Below are positions 45,459 to 58,656 of a stretch of DNA of 64,000 bases, piece by piece. The notes beneath the pieces were generated by a model, which saw only the letters and a list, made by a program, of their open reading frames with translations, was not told the DNA's origin and ran no database searches. Made by a program: the position numbers and the translations under genes. Numbering within the stretch: position 1 is the first letter of the stretch; the number at the start of each line of letters is the position of its first letter. The DNA is from Blepharisma stoltei ATCC 30299 (lineage: Eukaryota; Protista; Ciliophora), in contig CBFDEM010000011.1 in assembly GCA_965603825.1 (NCBI GenBank), forward strand, positions 124,001-188,000. The letters are read 5' to 3'.

Positions 45459-45743
45459 TTAGTTAGTTGATACTGATGACCTTGTGCATCTCCGACTCAT
45501 AGATAGACCTTGGGGTTTACTTTCTTTCCCTTTACTTTGTTTTAATTTCTAAATAAATATTACATTGTTGAGAATCTTATGATTCACTGCAATCGAGATC
45601 AAAAGATCTTCCTTGCTTTCACCTTTGAATTCATATTTCTCTGTCTTTTTTTGTTTATTAAATTGTTTATTAATTCTTGCTTTGAATGTGTCTTTATTCT
45701 CAATTGTTTTTTCAACTGATGGTCTTTCTGCACAGCAGCCCAT
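45459..45743 (-). CDS. Small basic protein with MGCC dual-acylation motif, 89 aa, one intron
   Basis: Intron 45549-45563 extends the track ORF with KLKQSKGKESKPQGLSMSRRCTRSSVSTN-TAA. Confidence 0.65.
45549..45563 (-). other. 15-nt intron GTAATATTTATTTAG
   Basis: Exact consensus match that removes an in-frame TAG. Confidence 0.7.
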
Positions 45744-46391
45744 ATCCTATTTATAGTTATTTATATATGGATATTAAATATGCTTAAATAAATTTAAAAA
45801 AAATAAATTTTCACATTGTAAAAGATAATATAGAATTTATAATTATTATGGACATTTTATATGAAACTTTTACATTTTTTTTTAAGAGCACAATTAATTT
45901 TTTGCTCAGTTTGGAGCTCATAGTATTTTGATAGATCATTAATTGTTCAACTTTCAAATTCTTCACTTAAGCAACAACTAAAATGCTAAAATTGGCAGCT
46001 GGAGATTGTTTTATCGCCTAATAAGTGACGAAAAATCTAAAATCAATAAGTTATTTTGGATAAGATAAAATTTTAAAGCTTCAGAAGCTTCTAGAAGAAT
46101 TAACATATTTTTTAAATATGATAAACTTAATAAATCAAACCAAATTTTTTTATTTAATCGTTGCTAAGCTTGATTATCTTCCGATTGCATTAAAAAGATA
46201 TCATCTTTAAAATAAAAAAATAATAGAATTGAAAAATGCTGATTTAAAAATAACGAAAAATCTTATAAGAAAAAATATTTAAAGATTTATTATAATTCTA
46301 TTAATATCTGGCATCTCTTTATTAAATATTTTATTTAATATCAATCAAGCATCAATTAAAACTGATGTTTTTGCATTGCAATTAAAATCGT

Positions 46392-47582
46392 TTACAGTGA
46401 GCTTCTTGACGAAATCCTAGCATGTCCTCTAGTTTGTCCTCTAGTTTTGTCTGAAAGTGATCCTGAATTAGCATTAAATTTATAAAATCTTTCAATCGTG
46501 ATATCTCTTAATTTTTCCAAGGTTAGCTTATATTTGCAATTTTTAGGGCTTTCATTAGATGGAGATGCTATAATGTGAGTGCTGGAATTTCTATTAAGCG
46601 TTTGAGTAATTAATTTTTGGGCTCTCTGGCTTGCAAGTGGGAAGTTATTGGTACTTTTTCCTAATCGAGTCTTTGTCTGTGCGGTTGCTCGCTCATTAAC
46701 ATTATTTCTGCTTATAAATTTAGCTCTGCTCAGACCAACAAGCTTGAACATGATCTCTTCAGGAATTAAAGGTAATAGATCAGCTCTTTTGGCTTTATAA
46801 AATTTAACTGTGTCTGTTCACACAGAAGCAGTAAATTCTGCTCTTTTCCCTAATAATACACATTCATCGGCTATACTACATCCTCTTCCGACAGTCATAA
46901 TATTTCTCTTTTTTGGTGGCACTCCTTTGCTTAATACGCATTCTCCTTCTACGATGTAATATAGAGCTTCGCTAAATGAGCCTTCTTCCACTACAATATC
47001 TTTTTTATGCACCTCGATGAATTCAAAAGCATAAGCAATTTTTTCTCTTATGCTATTTGAATAAATCTTGAAATCCGGTATATAAGTATTGAAAAAGCTT
47101 ACTTTTTCATTTAACTCTGCTGAAATGTTGTTCATCATCAGAGACTTGAATTTGTCTCCGTTTAAAGCTAGAAGCACAACATAATCTTTAGCGACAGCTG
47201 ATAACTGGCGTGGTTGATCCCTTATTAATCCTCTTTCTCCTATCATTTTTCCTTTTGGAAGAGTTGCAATTAATTTTTCAGTGCCATCAGAACTTCTATC
47301 TATCATACTTAGGTGGCCTCTTAGGACTATGTACAATTTATCACTTTTGGCTCCTTTTTGGAAAACTTCTTGTCCGGCCTCGTATTCTTCAATATAAAAA
47401 TTGGCTGCCAGCTGGCTGAGGGAACGCTTTGATAGCTCAGCTGTATAATTCGCTAGGTCTTCAATAGTCTTAAAATATTCTAAGAGCCTTTCGATGTCTG
47501 TGGTAGATCTATCAGACCTTTGGAGGATTTCAAATACATTTTGAGGAATATTTTTACGAGTCTTTTGTGTTAAAAGAGACAT
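46392..47582 (-). CDS. Tandem cyclic-nucleotide-binding domain protein, 396 aa
   Basis: VFQKG..SDKLYIVLRG..IGERGLIRDQPRQLSA and a second domain VVEEG..LYYIVEG. TGA 46818-46820 read-through joins 46392..46751. Confidence 0.9.
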
Positions 47583-47874
47583 AATTCTAATTTGTTGGAA
47601 ACAGTGAAGAGGAAAAATATGAAAATTTTCGGATATTATTATTTCATATTTCTATGAGGAATTTTTGAAAATAATTTAATGAGGAATGAGACCTAATCAC
47701 TCAAAAAAATTGCAAAATGAAACAAAAGAGGTTAAAACGAAGTTTGGCTGTTTTGGAATAGAAAAATCTTGCTTGAAAATTCAAAATCAAGGATTTTTCT
47801 ATCATTCTTAACTAAATAATTCAATTTTTTTTAATAAGTTTGTTTTAATTTATGAAGCTAAATTTAAAATAAAT

Positions 47875-50800
47875 TTATGGGTTATTAATTTGATGCTTTC
47901 TTGGCTTTACGATTCTTCTCACATCTGCAGTAGCTAGCGAAAATCCAGTAAGCTGCACTTTTTTGCACTGGAGTACATTTGTCAATTCTTCTACTTGAAT
48001 CTTTGACAATTTTTCCAACATGGACTTCAACCCTAGAGGCGAATTTTGTGCAAAATTTTTAATTAAGCCTCTGAAATTTTCATACTCATCAATTGCTAGC
48101 ACAGGACTAATATAAGTAGTAAGTGCCAAAAGAGCTTCCATTTCTTCAGTACCAATATCTGAAAATATTTTATTTCTAATATTTGAATCTAAATCATCAT
48201 CAGAGCTATCTCCTGATTTTCCATCTTCCACCATCATATCATCTTTTTTCTGTACAAAAGGTGATTTCTTTTGGCTTAGGCTCAATATCTCAATAAGAGC
48301 TTTAAAAATTTCAGATATTTTCTTATTAATTTCTTGAGGCAAAACTTCTTGTGTTATAATCGTTGACAAGCCTAAAGCTGCAATTTTTCTGTCATATTGA
48401 TGCGAAAATATTTCTGGCTTAAGCAGAATTTGTGTGATAATGTAATCTAGATTGGTTTCCCCAGCTGTGTTTGCTGATGACGTTAGGATTTGAAAAGTCA
48501 GTTGACAGTTGTAAGTAAATGATGATAAAATAACTCCTAATAGCCTAGCCTTAAAGAAGCTGTGATTCACATCACTATTAAGCCTTACAAGTGTGGTAGA
48601 AATTATATCAAAAAGATAAGAATCTACCATTCCAGGGTACATCTGCAAGACTTGCTGAATTAATAGAGCTCCTTCTGCATTAGTCGCTTCATTTATTTTG
48701 CCTTTGTATGAAGAAAACATGCAAACCTTGCACATATCAATGACTTTTTTTATCAGCTGAGGGTTCTCTGCAAAGTGCTCTCTCCCGTAAAATAAATAGC
48801 AATTTAGGATAGGAAAGAGCTGAATAAAGGTGCCTTCGTATTTTTCTTGGACTAAATTCAGCTGGTTTAATAAAACCCAGCCAACTTGGCTGACTGCTTG
48901 GCATTTTCTTATTAAAGACACCTCAAATAAAATGATATCATCTTCAAAGTCAATATCAGCAGGATTTTGCATATAGTTAAAAAGCGGTAAGAGGGCATAC
49001 TCTAATTCCATTACGTTTTCTACACTCATTTCTTTGGCTTCTGCAATTATCCTTATAATATTCCAACATTTTACTACTATGATTGAACTTTTTTTCTTTT
49101 TTTTAGATTCGCTTTTGTGCTGCATCTCTGATTGAATTTTGCAGACTAACGCCGGGATTAATCGATCTAAGTGAGGGAAAACTGCATCAGTGTTTCCTGT
49201 AATTATTTCTTGCATTGCTTCAAAAAATCCTTTATTTTGTTGTAATGGTATAAGATATATAAAAGTTGTAATAATATTAGGAATTAACGCTTCAAGTCTA
49301 ATTAGAATAGACTCCTCTTGAAGCATATAACTCAGCGTCTCTGAAGCTTGTAAAGTGACCGCTTTAGGTGATGTATTAGGATTGCAGAATTTAAGTAAAA
49401 TTGTAACAAGTCCATTATAGCTTTCTGGGCTGGAATAAAAAATGACTTCAGCAAAATAATGCACTAGCATACAAAAACGATTTTGAATCAACCCTTCAGT
49501 TGCTAAGCTAAACACAAGAAAATGTGACCCAATTACAAGCTCGATAGCTTTTAATAAATCATGACGCTTACTAATTCCATATGAAAGTACACAAAATGCA
49601 TATAAACTTGTCTCAATTCTAGCTTCTTCGCTTGCTTTTAAAAAATATGTATGCTGAAAATCAGATAAATATATGTCAGAATCAGGATTTGACCTTGTTA
49701 TAGTCATATCGATCAAATGTGATAAAAAATTAACAGTAAAGCTGAGGGTCCCGTCAACTTTTTCTGCTAGTTTTTCAAGAAATATTGCGGCTGATGCTTT
49801 ATACATATCAGACTCTTGGGTTTCACAGATATCTCGAGAAAAACTGACAAATTCTTCAGGGGTATTTTCAAATTTGTCAATGTCACTTGAGCTCGACATT
49901 AATAGTGGAAGTAAAATTTCTATAATAATTCCTTTGTAATTCATTAAGAAAAAGTTTGAGAATCTCTGATCATGGGCGACTTTGCTTAGAACTAACAAAA
50001 CTTCGTTCACAATATCTGAGATATACTCTGTTTGTAGCAAGCTGTCGTATTTAGGATGCGAAACGATCATATGTAGAGAGCGGACTAGAGGCTCTATTAT
50101 GCTAAAAATCATATGTAGAAACGGGGAGTCTGGCGCTTCAGCTCCAACTAAGCTCATAACTTTTTCAATCCCTTTATCTTCCATATGCTTCTTTTTGCTC
50201 TCTAACAAAAATTGTAAAATTAAATTAACACTTTGCAAAATTAGTGATTTCGTCTGATTAAGCTTGCAATGCACAATCTGTGTAGCCACACATATCAATG
50301 AAGGCTGAGCTAAATTACTATCAGGTAGCACAAAATTCAAAATATTCCCAAAACGCTCAGCAAGAATCGTCAAATCTTTTATTTCTGCCATACTTGGCCT
50401 CGAGGTAATTTCAAAATGCTCCAGAACCGCTGTAATAGTTGAAGCCCATTCATGTAAAATTTCACATGATTCTAAACTGTTTTGTTCATTACTTGTTTCT
50501 ACTGAAACTTTTAAAGCTTCTAAAGCTTTATATCCAACAGTAAGTAATGGGTCTAAAAGCTGTTTAAAAATCGGCAAAAGGATAGGATTTTCTGTAAAAA
50601 CACTATAAATAGCTTTGACTGATTTCAATGCTCCATATATAGAAGCCACATTATTTTCGTTTAAAGAAAGCCCAATAGACGGCAATAAGCTTGCCAATGT
50701 GCTTGACTCAGGATCAGAAATATCAGACCCAAAAATAGGGACTAATGCATAGCCTAAAGAACTCCTTATGGATGGATCAATTCCTGGTGCTGTAATTGTG

Positions 50801-51087
50801 TTATAAATTGATCTGGCCAAGGATTCTCGCATTGCTGGAGTGATAGCTTTTCCTTCAATTATTTGTCGAACGAATTTTTTGAGATTTATACTTGCTGAGT
50901 TCTTGATTTTGTCAGTGAGATAGGGATGAGAGGTAGTGATTATGTATAATAAGGCCTGCAAGTAGTCTTGCTGGTTCTGGCTTAAGTTGTTGAGTTCAGC
51001 TTCAGCGAGCTTTATTTCTTCACTATTTTTGGAGGAAAAAGTGGTTTGAAGGAGTGCTACTATTTTGGAAGATAAATCTGATTCCAT
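47875..51087 (-). CDS. Importin-beta family karyopherin (importin-7/8-like)
   Basis: IBN_N-like EIKLAEAEL...ASINLKKFV, D..KFENTPEEFV, YDRKIAALGL and an acidic C-terminal loop. HEAT-like composition over 1070 aa. Confidence 0.85.
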   Translation of the reverse strand: MESDLSSKIVALLQTTFSSKNSEEIKLAEAELNNLSQNQQDYLQALLYIITTSHPYLTDKIKNSASINLKKFVRQIIEGKAITPAMRESLARSIYNTITAPGIDPSIRSSLGYALVPIFGSDISDPESSTLASLLPSIGLSLNENNVASIYGALKSVKAIYSVFTENPILLPIFKQLLDPLLTVGYKALEALKVSVETSNEQNSLESCEILHEWASTITAVLEHFEITSRPSMAEIKDLTILAERFGNILNFVLPDSNLAQPSLICVATQIVHCKLNQTKSLILQSVNLILQFLLESKKKHMEDKGIEKVMSLVGAEAPDSPFLHMIFSIIEPLVRSLHMIVSHPKYDSLLQTEYISDIVNEVLLVLSKVAHDQRFSNFFLMNYKGIIIEILLPLLMSSSSDIDKFENTPEEFVSFSRDICETQESDMYKASAAIFLEKLAEKVDGTLSFTVNFLSHLIDMTITRSNPDSDIYLSDFQHTYFLKASEEARIETSLYAFCVLSYGISKRHDLLKAIELVIGSHFLVFSLATEGLIQNRFCMLVHYFAEVIFYSSPESYNGLVTILLKFCNPNTSPKAVTLQASETLSYMLQEESILIRLEALIPNIITTFIYLIPLQQNKGFFEAMQEIITGNTDAVFPHLDRLIPALVCKIQSEMQHKSESKKKKKSSIIVVKCWNIIRIIAEAKEMSVENVMELEYALLPLFNYMQNPADIDFEDDIILFEVSLIRKCQAVSQVGWVLLNQLNLVQEKYEGTFIQLFPILNCYLFYGREHFAENPQLIKKVIDMCKVCMFSSYKGKINEATNAEGALLIQQVLQMYPGMVDSYLFDIISTTLVRLNSDVNHSFFKARLLGVILSSFTYNCQLTFQILTSSANTAGETNLDYIITQILLKPEIFSHQYDRKIAALGLSTIITQEVLPQEINKKISEIFKALIEILSLSQKKSPFVQKKDDMMVEDGKSGDSSDDDLDSNIRNKIFSDIGTEEMEALLALTTYISPVLAIDEYENFRGLIKNFAQNSPLGLKSMLEKLSKIQVEELTNVLQCKKVQLTGFSLATADVRRIVKPRKHQINNP

Positions 51088-51528
51088 GATATTTAATATT
51101 AATTTTTAGAAGTAATACTTGAGAAAAGGCAATTAAACCGTGAAATAATAAGTGGTAAATCAGAAATGATTGGAGTTGCATTATTTAATCTTTATTAAGG
51201 TGCTATTAATTTATTTAATACCAAAATTAGCCCCATAAATATTAACTTTATGTAGTAAATTTTAATTGATATATTTTTGCTTTAATATTTTCAAGCATAA
51301 TTTTATAGAGACTTAATATTAAGATATTAAATTTTTAAAGAGTGGCTGTATAATCAAACAGCTTATAGAAATTAATGAAATTTTAATGTGGAGTTTTGCA
51401 TGTCCTATATCCAATTTAATAAACATATTTTCCTTTCAATCAAAATAATATCAATACTCTCCCTCTCTCTAAACCAGCAATCAATTCTTAGGCCACCACT
51501 TAATATCTTAATACTTATCTACTATTTA

Positions 51529-51882
51529 CTATGCAAATTTCTTAGGATCAATATGTTTTCTAATATACTTCCTAAGTTCTCCTAACGATTTCACCTGTGC
51601 TGCCAATATGCACTCTTTAAGCTTCTCTTTTTGACTTTCTTCATCATGCACCTTCATACACTCTCCTATTTCTGTTACCAATCTCTTATGAATTGGATTA
51701 AAACATCTCATGAACTCTTCATGTTTAGTATGGCATCTATCTTCACACTTCAAGACAAACCTTTCTCCGTACTTGAAAAATAAATTCATTTCCGAACAGT
51801 GCATTGAGCATGAAGATAAATAAGAAAACCTTGCAAATTTTACTTCAGGATCTAAGATGACTGCATTTATATACTTGTCCAT
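51529..51882 (-). CDS. Small twin-CX3C helical protein (possibly FAM136A/DUF842-like)
   Basis: CSMHC and CEDRCH, plus further spaced Cys, in a 117-aa helical ORF. Confidence 0.55.
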   Translation of the reverse strand: MDKYINAVILDPEVKFARFSYLSSCSMHCSEMNLFFKYGERFVLKCEDRCHTKHEEFMRCFNPIHKRLVTEIGECMKVHDEESQKEKLKECILAAQVKSLGELRKYIRKHIDPKKFA

Positions 51883-51942
51883 GTATTTTATCTAAATGAA
51901 TACTAAAAATAGTTTATAGGGATAATTCAAAAAGTTTAATTA

Positions 51943-52134
51943 TTAGAGCAAGAGTGATGGCAATTTGTGTGTAAGCTTGAGTAGGCCACCTGCGAGAAAC
52001 ATTATTCCGTAGCTGAGTATTTGTAGGATTGCGTCGTGCTCTGTATTTTGGAGTATTAAGCACATTGTGAGGACGAATAATAGAGCAATAAGATAAAGCA
52101 CGTCGCCTGAGTTGTGGATAGTTTTGAGCTTCAT
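51943..52134 (-). CDS. Micro membrane protein with two hydrophobic helices, about 63 aa
   Basis: ATG-initiated ORF, GC-richer than its flanks, with two TM-like segments. Confidence 0.5.
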   Translation of the reverse strand: MKLKTIHNSGDVLYLIALLFVLTMCLILQNTEHDAILQILSYGIMFLAGGLLKLTHKLPSLLL

Positions 52135-52634
52135 TTAACGATATTTAAGTATAGTGCCATTTTATATGGTGAAGTAAAGAAGCTGAAAATTAAAAATCAC
52201 TTCAGTTTATAAGAGACTGGTCGTTGGATTCTATTCTAAATCCTTAGGAATATGTGAAATATTAAAATCATCAAATATATGATCAGTTTTTTTTCTTTAT
52301 CCTTAGAGCGGGCTTAATATAATATTTATAAATTTTAACTTATCAAAACAAATATTTTTATATCATAAAAATCAAATATACGGCATTAAATAGGAAAGTT
52401 TATTAGAAAGGGAGCACTAGCTAATCAGATTTTTTAAATCTAATTATATCTTAGTATATTGAAATTCATTAGCTAAATGAATGATAAAAATCATAAGTCT
52501 TAATTTCAGTAAGAAACAGATCCTGAAAAGCCTTTATTTATATCAAATTTATATTGAATTAAGTATAAAGATTTCTTAAAAATAAGCAACTCCCATTTCC
52601 TTTACTTAACTAGAAAACTTATAATAAATAATAA

Positions 52635-52949
52635 ATGTCTTCAATAAGGTGGGTCACTTCAGGTCCTCAGTTCTGGGTCACTAAGCTACTGCAAAAGCAA
52701 GGGATTGGCATGAGTACTAATGGAATATGAAAAGCAGCAGAAGAAGAGAAAATCCAAGACTTAATTCCATCAAAGAACTTTTTAAAAAGAAAAGTTATAG
52801 CCAGAATGTATGGAGCCGGCTGCATTTACAAAGCAAAAGCTGAAGACCTCCAGGCAAAAAGATTAACAAGAGACGGATGGAAGCTAAATCCAGTAAAAGC
52901 ATTTAAGTTCATTCATCCAGATCTTCGTGGGGATATCAAGCTTGAATAG
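52635..52949 (+). CDS. Small basic hypothetical protein, 104 aa (absent from the ORF track)
   Basis: MSSIRWVTSGPQFWVTKLLQKQGIGMSTNGIW(TGA)KAAEEEK...DGWKLNPVKAFKFIHPDLRGDIKLE-TAG. Forms a GC-rich island between AT-rich flanks. Confidence 0.75.
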
Positions 52950-53327
52950 ATAATATGGATTTTAATATAAGTTCAAGCTAAAATTTCAATCAAATTTTAT
53001 AAGAACATGAAATTTTAAGTTTGTAAAAACTAAGCGTCGTATTGAATAATTTAATGTTAGAAAGTAAATTCTTCTTTTGTAGGCAATCTCAAGTTATAAT
53101 CTGATTCTTTTTTAATTTCATATTCTAGAACTAATAATTCTCAGATTAAATTCAATTAAAATTAGTTAACTTATAAAGTAATTAAGCAATTAGATTAAAT
53201 TTTCTCTTCAATGTTTTTATATATAAGCTATATAAACCATTTCTAGAGTGGTATTACGAAATTTGGTGAAATAATGGCACATTCGCAAATAATGACAGCA
53301 GAACTCATAAATTAATAATTTTTCATA

Positions 53328-54806
53328 ATGGATTACAACAGGATGAACCACAGTGAAACTTACAACAAGAAAATTATATGGAAGATGGGTCTGAATGCAA
53401 GTCTGGGCTCATTAATCTTTGGATATAATTTTGGTGTATTTAATACTTCTCAAGAGAATGTATCTGCAGCACTAGGATGAAATGATAATAAAGATCTTTA
53501 TATATCCATAATGACAGCTTTATTCTCTGCAGGAGGATTATTTGGAGCAACTTCAGCAGGTTTAATCACAAACAAAATAGGTAGAAGAAGAGCCTTGATG
53601 CTAATGGATATTCTTCATATGGTTTCCTGTGCGCTTTTTGCTATAATTTATACTCCATTTTTTGCAGCTGGGAGGTTTTTAACTGGTTATGTCTGTGGAG
53701 TCTATTCTACTTTGGTCCCTTTATACCTTAGTGAAATTGCACCAGCAGACATCATGGGGAAAATAGGTGACTTATCACAATTGATAATTGCATTTGGAGT
53801 CTTCCTGTCATATGTAGTTGGACTTCCTTTGCCAATTGATGATAACAATTCAAGCCAGTTAAAATATTATTGGATACTTATGTTTACTGTGCAAATTCTT
53901 TTTTCAATAACACAATTCTTTATATTGTATAAAGTATATAAATATGATACTCCTGTATGATATTTATCTAAGCACCAAAATGAAAAGGCTTTATACTGTC
54001 TTTTGCAGTGATACAACGAAACTGGAGCTTACGATGTTTTAAAGAAATTCGGCTCATCAGTTATCGGAATTCTCGAAGAAGACCACGACAACAGTGGGTT
54101 TTCTCAATCAGAACTCACAGTAGAAATCTGTGAAAAAGCTTCTCTCGAAATAAGAGACGAAATAGATTTTAGTTATAAGGATTTATTACTATTCAGAAAG
54201 AAGACAGGAAAAATGATGAGGCTTGGCTTCCTAATGAACACTTTTCAAAGCACTACAGGCGTTGCAGCTTTGACAGCCTACACTACAAAGATTTTTATGT
54301 CCTTAGGAATGGGCACTTTTGAAGCAAGAATTTTTACAGTTGGCCTAGGGATATTAAATTTCCTCTCAACTTTATCTGTGATTCCAATCATTGATAAATT
54401 CAATAGAAAAACTCTCCTGATGACAGGAGTTTCTTGTATGTGCTTGTCTATGTTTTCCCTTGGATTTATAGCAGAAAATGACCTTACTTCTTCATTTTTG
54501 GTATTTACATTTATCATTACTTTTATATTTGGGTACGGTACTGGTATAGGGACTATATGCTGGGTGTATTCAGGGGAAATTTTAACGTCAAGAGCAATGG
54601 CTATTTGTATAGGAGCGAATTGATTTTGGGCGACGGTTGATACTTTCACGTTCCCAAATGTTGTGAATATTTTTTCTATAGGAGTGGCGTTTTGAATCTA
54701 TTCAGTTATTTGTTTGATCACAATTGCATATTTTCTGGTTGATTTTGTGGAAACAAGAGGTTTAAACAAATTCCAAATCAGAAAAGCTTTTGAAAAGTTT
54801 AGTTAA
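53328..54806 (+). CDS. MFS sugar porter (GLUT-like), 492 aa
   Basis: IFGYNFGVFN, KIGRRRAL, VPLYLSEIAP, DTPVW(TGA)YL (equivalent to PESPRWL), IDKFNRK, ANW(TGA) and FVETRG. Five TGA read-throughs. Confidence 0.95.
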
Positions 54807-55175
54807 ATTTAGAATATTGTCTAAAAATGTCTTTAATTTAATTGAGCAGTAGTCAAAAAGGGGTTTAAAATACTAAATAGGATGAGTTTGATAGTCTATA
54901 TAATCAATCTGCTAAACAATTCCTATTCCTTACAAATTATTTTTAGCCTTATAATATTTTTTTACTTAATATCAGATTTATTCCATCATAAATAATCAAA
55001 ATTACTAATAAAACAAGGATCTCTTTTAATTGCCTTACAATTAATTTAGCTGATTATCACACAAAAATTGCAAAATATCTTATTTAAAATAATTATAAAT
55101 CACTTTAATAATGATATTTAATCATTTTGAGATGTTTTCATTAAAATACAATAAGAATGAGTTTCTAATATTTAA

Positions 55176-56852
55176 ATGGAAGAAGATCTTGATAGTATTT
55201 TATGTCTTATTGACGAACTCAAATCTGAAGACTACACAGTCAGACTTCACGCTATCAGCAACCTCGAACAAATTGCAACTGCTATTGGTGACGAAAGAAC
55301 TAGAGAAGAATTAGTTCCATATTTGACTGAGTTATTAGAAGATGACAATCAAGAAGTCCTTCTTGCAATTGCTGTAAGACTAGGTGATCTCTCCAAACAT
55401 GTTGGCGGCGCAGAACATATGGCTTGTCTGCTCTCGCCTCTTCACAATTTGGCAAGCAATGAAGAATCTACTATCCAAGAAAAAGCCATTGAAAGTTTAA
55501 ACCGAATTTCTAGCCAACTACCACCTCCTATTTTAGAAGAAAGCTATGTCCCACTTATACAGTCACTAGCGACCAGTGACTGGTATTCTGCAAGGATTGC
55601 GTCTTGTTCTTTATTTCACATTGCATTACCCCGCCTTTCTAGTGCGAAACAGAACGAATTATCGCAGCTGTTTGTAGAACTAGCTAAAGATGATACTCCT
55701 ATGGTAAGAAGATCGGCTGCAAGCAATTTAGGAAAAATATGCCAAACCTGGGACAGTTCTGAGCTTACTAAGCTTTTTGACGTTTTAAGCTTTGACGATC
55801 ATGATAGTGTAAAGCAAATGACTTTGGAAAGTGTTTTGAAGATTTTGCCTAAGCATCGAGAATTGATTAGTATTCTTAAAAAGTATTCACGAGACAAAAG
55901 CTGGAGAATCCGATATGCTGTTTTAGAAAATTTAAATATAATTATTGAAGCTTTAGGGACTGCTCAAGATTTATTAAACGAAATTACTTCTCTACTGAGC
56001 GACTCAGAACCCGAAGTAAAATGCATTGCTTTACTTAAGCTAGAAATTATATTACCTAAAGTAAACGTCGCCACAATAGAAACCCAAATTCTTCCTGCTG
56101 TCGAAAAGCTCACAAAAGACACGTCTCTCTACGTAAAATTATCCTTAATGCAGGCCATTTGCAAGTTTTCCACCTATCTTGGTGACGAAAAGTCTATAAT
56201 AAGGCTGCTGCCAGTTGTTGCCCAACTGGTAAAAGATGACAGCTACGAGGTCCGCATGTCCTTTGCTGAAAATATACAAAATTTCAATGCAGCGATTGGC
56301 CAGGATAAAATTTTGCTTTTTTCTGTACCATTATTAATGCAATTGATGAATGACCAACAGTGGAGGGTCCGAATGAAGGTTATAGAGTGCCTACCACAAT
56401 TAGCAGGACTTCTTGGAGTAGATAAATTTTCTGAACAAATTGCAGTGCCTATGATGAAATGGGTGGAGGACACTGCCTATTCTGTTAGAGAAGCGGTGTT
56501 AGAAGCAATTAGTCAGATAACTGGGATTTTTGGCAGCGAATGGACGAAAATTAGGCTTGCACCAGTTGTGATGCAGCTGTCGACGAGCCCGGTTTTTAAT
56601 AAAAGGATGACAGCTATAAGAGCGGTGAGGAAGTTTACAAAAGTGATTGGGCTGGATGAGTCATTTGAGTGCTTAAAAAGCCTTGCAAATGATAAAGTTC
56701 CTAATGTCAGGTTCAATGTAGCGAAAACCCTTAAAGATTTGGCAGGGATTTTTGAAAATAAAAATGATATAAGGAAACTGTTGGGAGGAATGAAAAATGA
56801 TCCAGATGCAGATGTCAGGTTTTTCGCTGAAGATACTTTAAGATCGTTATAA
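55176..56852 (+). CDS. PPP2R1: PP2A scaffold (A/PR65) subunit, HEAT repeats
   Basis: LIDELKSED..RL, IGDERTREELVPYL, DDTPMVRRSAA, DKSWRIRY, DKVPNVRFNVAK and DPDADVRFFA. Confidence 0.95.
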   Translation: MEEDLDSILCLIDELKSEDYTVRLHAISNLEQIATAIGDERTREELVPYLTELLEDDNQEVLLAIAVRLGDLSKHVGGAEHMACLLSPLHNLASNEESTIQEKAIESLNRISSQLPPPILEESYVPLIQSLATSDWYSARIASCSLFHIALPRLSSAKQNELSQLFVELAKDDTPMVRRSAASNLGKICQTWDSSELTKLFDVLSFDDHDSVKQMTLESVLKILPKHRELISILKKYSRDKSWRIRYAVLENLNIIIEALGTAQDLLNEITSLLSDSEPEVKCIALLKLEIILPKVNVATIETQILPAVEKLTKDTSLYVKLSLMQAICKFSTYLGDEKSIIRLLPVVAQLVKDDSYEVRMSFAENIQNFNAAIGQDKILLFSVPLLMQLMNDQQWRVRMKVIECLPQLAGLLGVDKFSEQIAVPMMKWVEDTAYSVREAVLEAISQITGIFGSEWTKIRLAPVVMQLSTSPVFNKRMTAIRAVRKFTKVIGLDESFECLKSLANDKVPNVRFNVAKTLKDLAGIFENKNDIRKLLGGMKNDPDADVRFFAEDTLRSL

Positions 56853-57203
56853 ACTATTATCTTTTAAAACTTTACTCCTTAGATTCACATGTTAGAAAAA
56901 TATTATGAGGAAGCAGAAGCTTCTATCTGTAAAAAATTTCTTAATTCGGATACATTTGAATAATTTGCTTTAAAAAACAATAAGAATTAATTAAAATCGA
57001 GAATTAAAGTAATTCTAATTAAAACCATTTATATAAGGAATTAAAAAGAAAAGCAGTTTCAAATGAATATAATTTAAATTTATAAGCTCTTTATCTAACT
57101 GAAAATTTAAAAAATTGCATCTTCAATAGCCCTATTCATAATTTTGCAACTCTATCCTGCCTATATCCTATTTCTGCCTCTCTCTTTAATAAATATAGCA
57201 TAA

Positions 57204-58640
<1,437 letters not shown>

Positions 58641-58656
58641 AGTATTATAAACAAAA

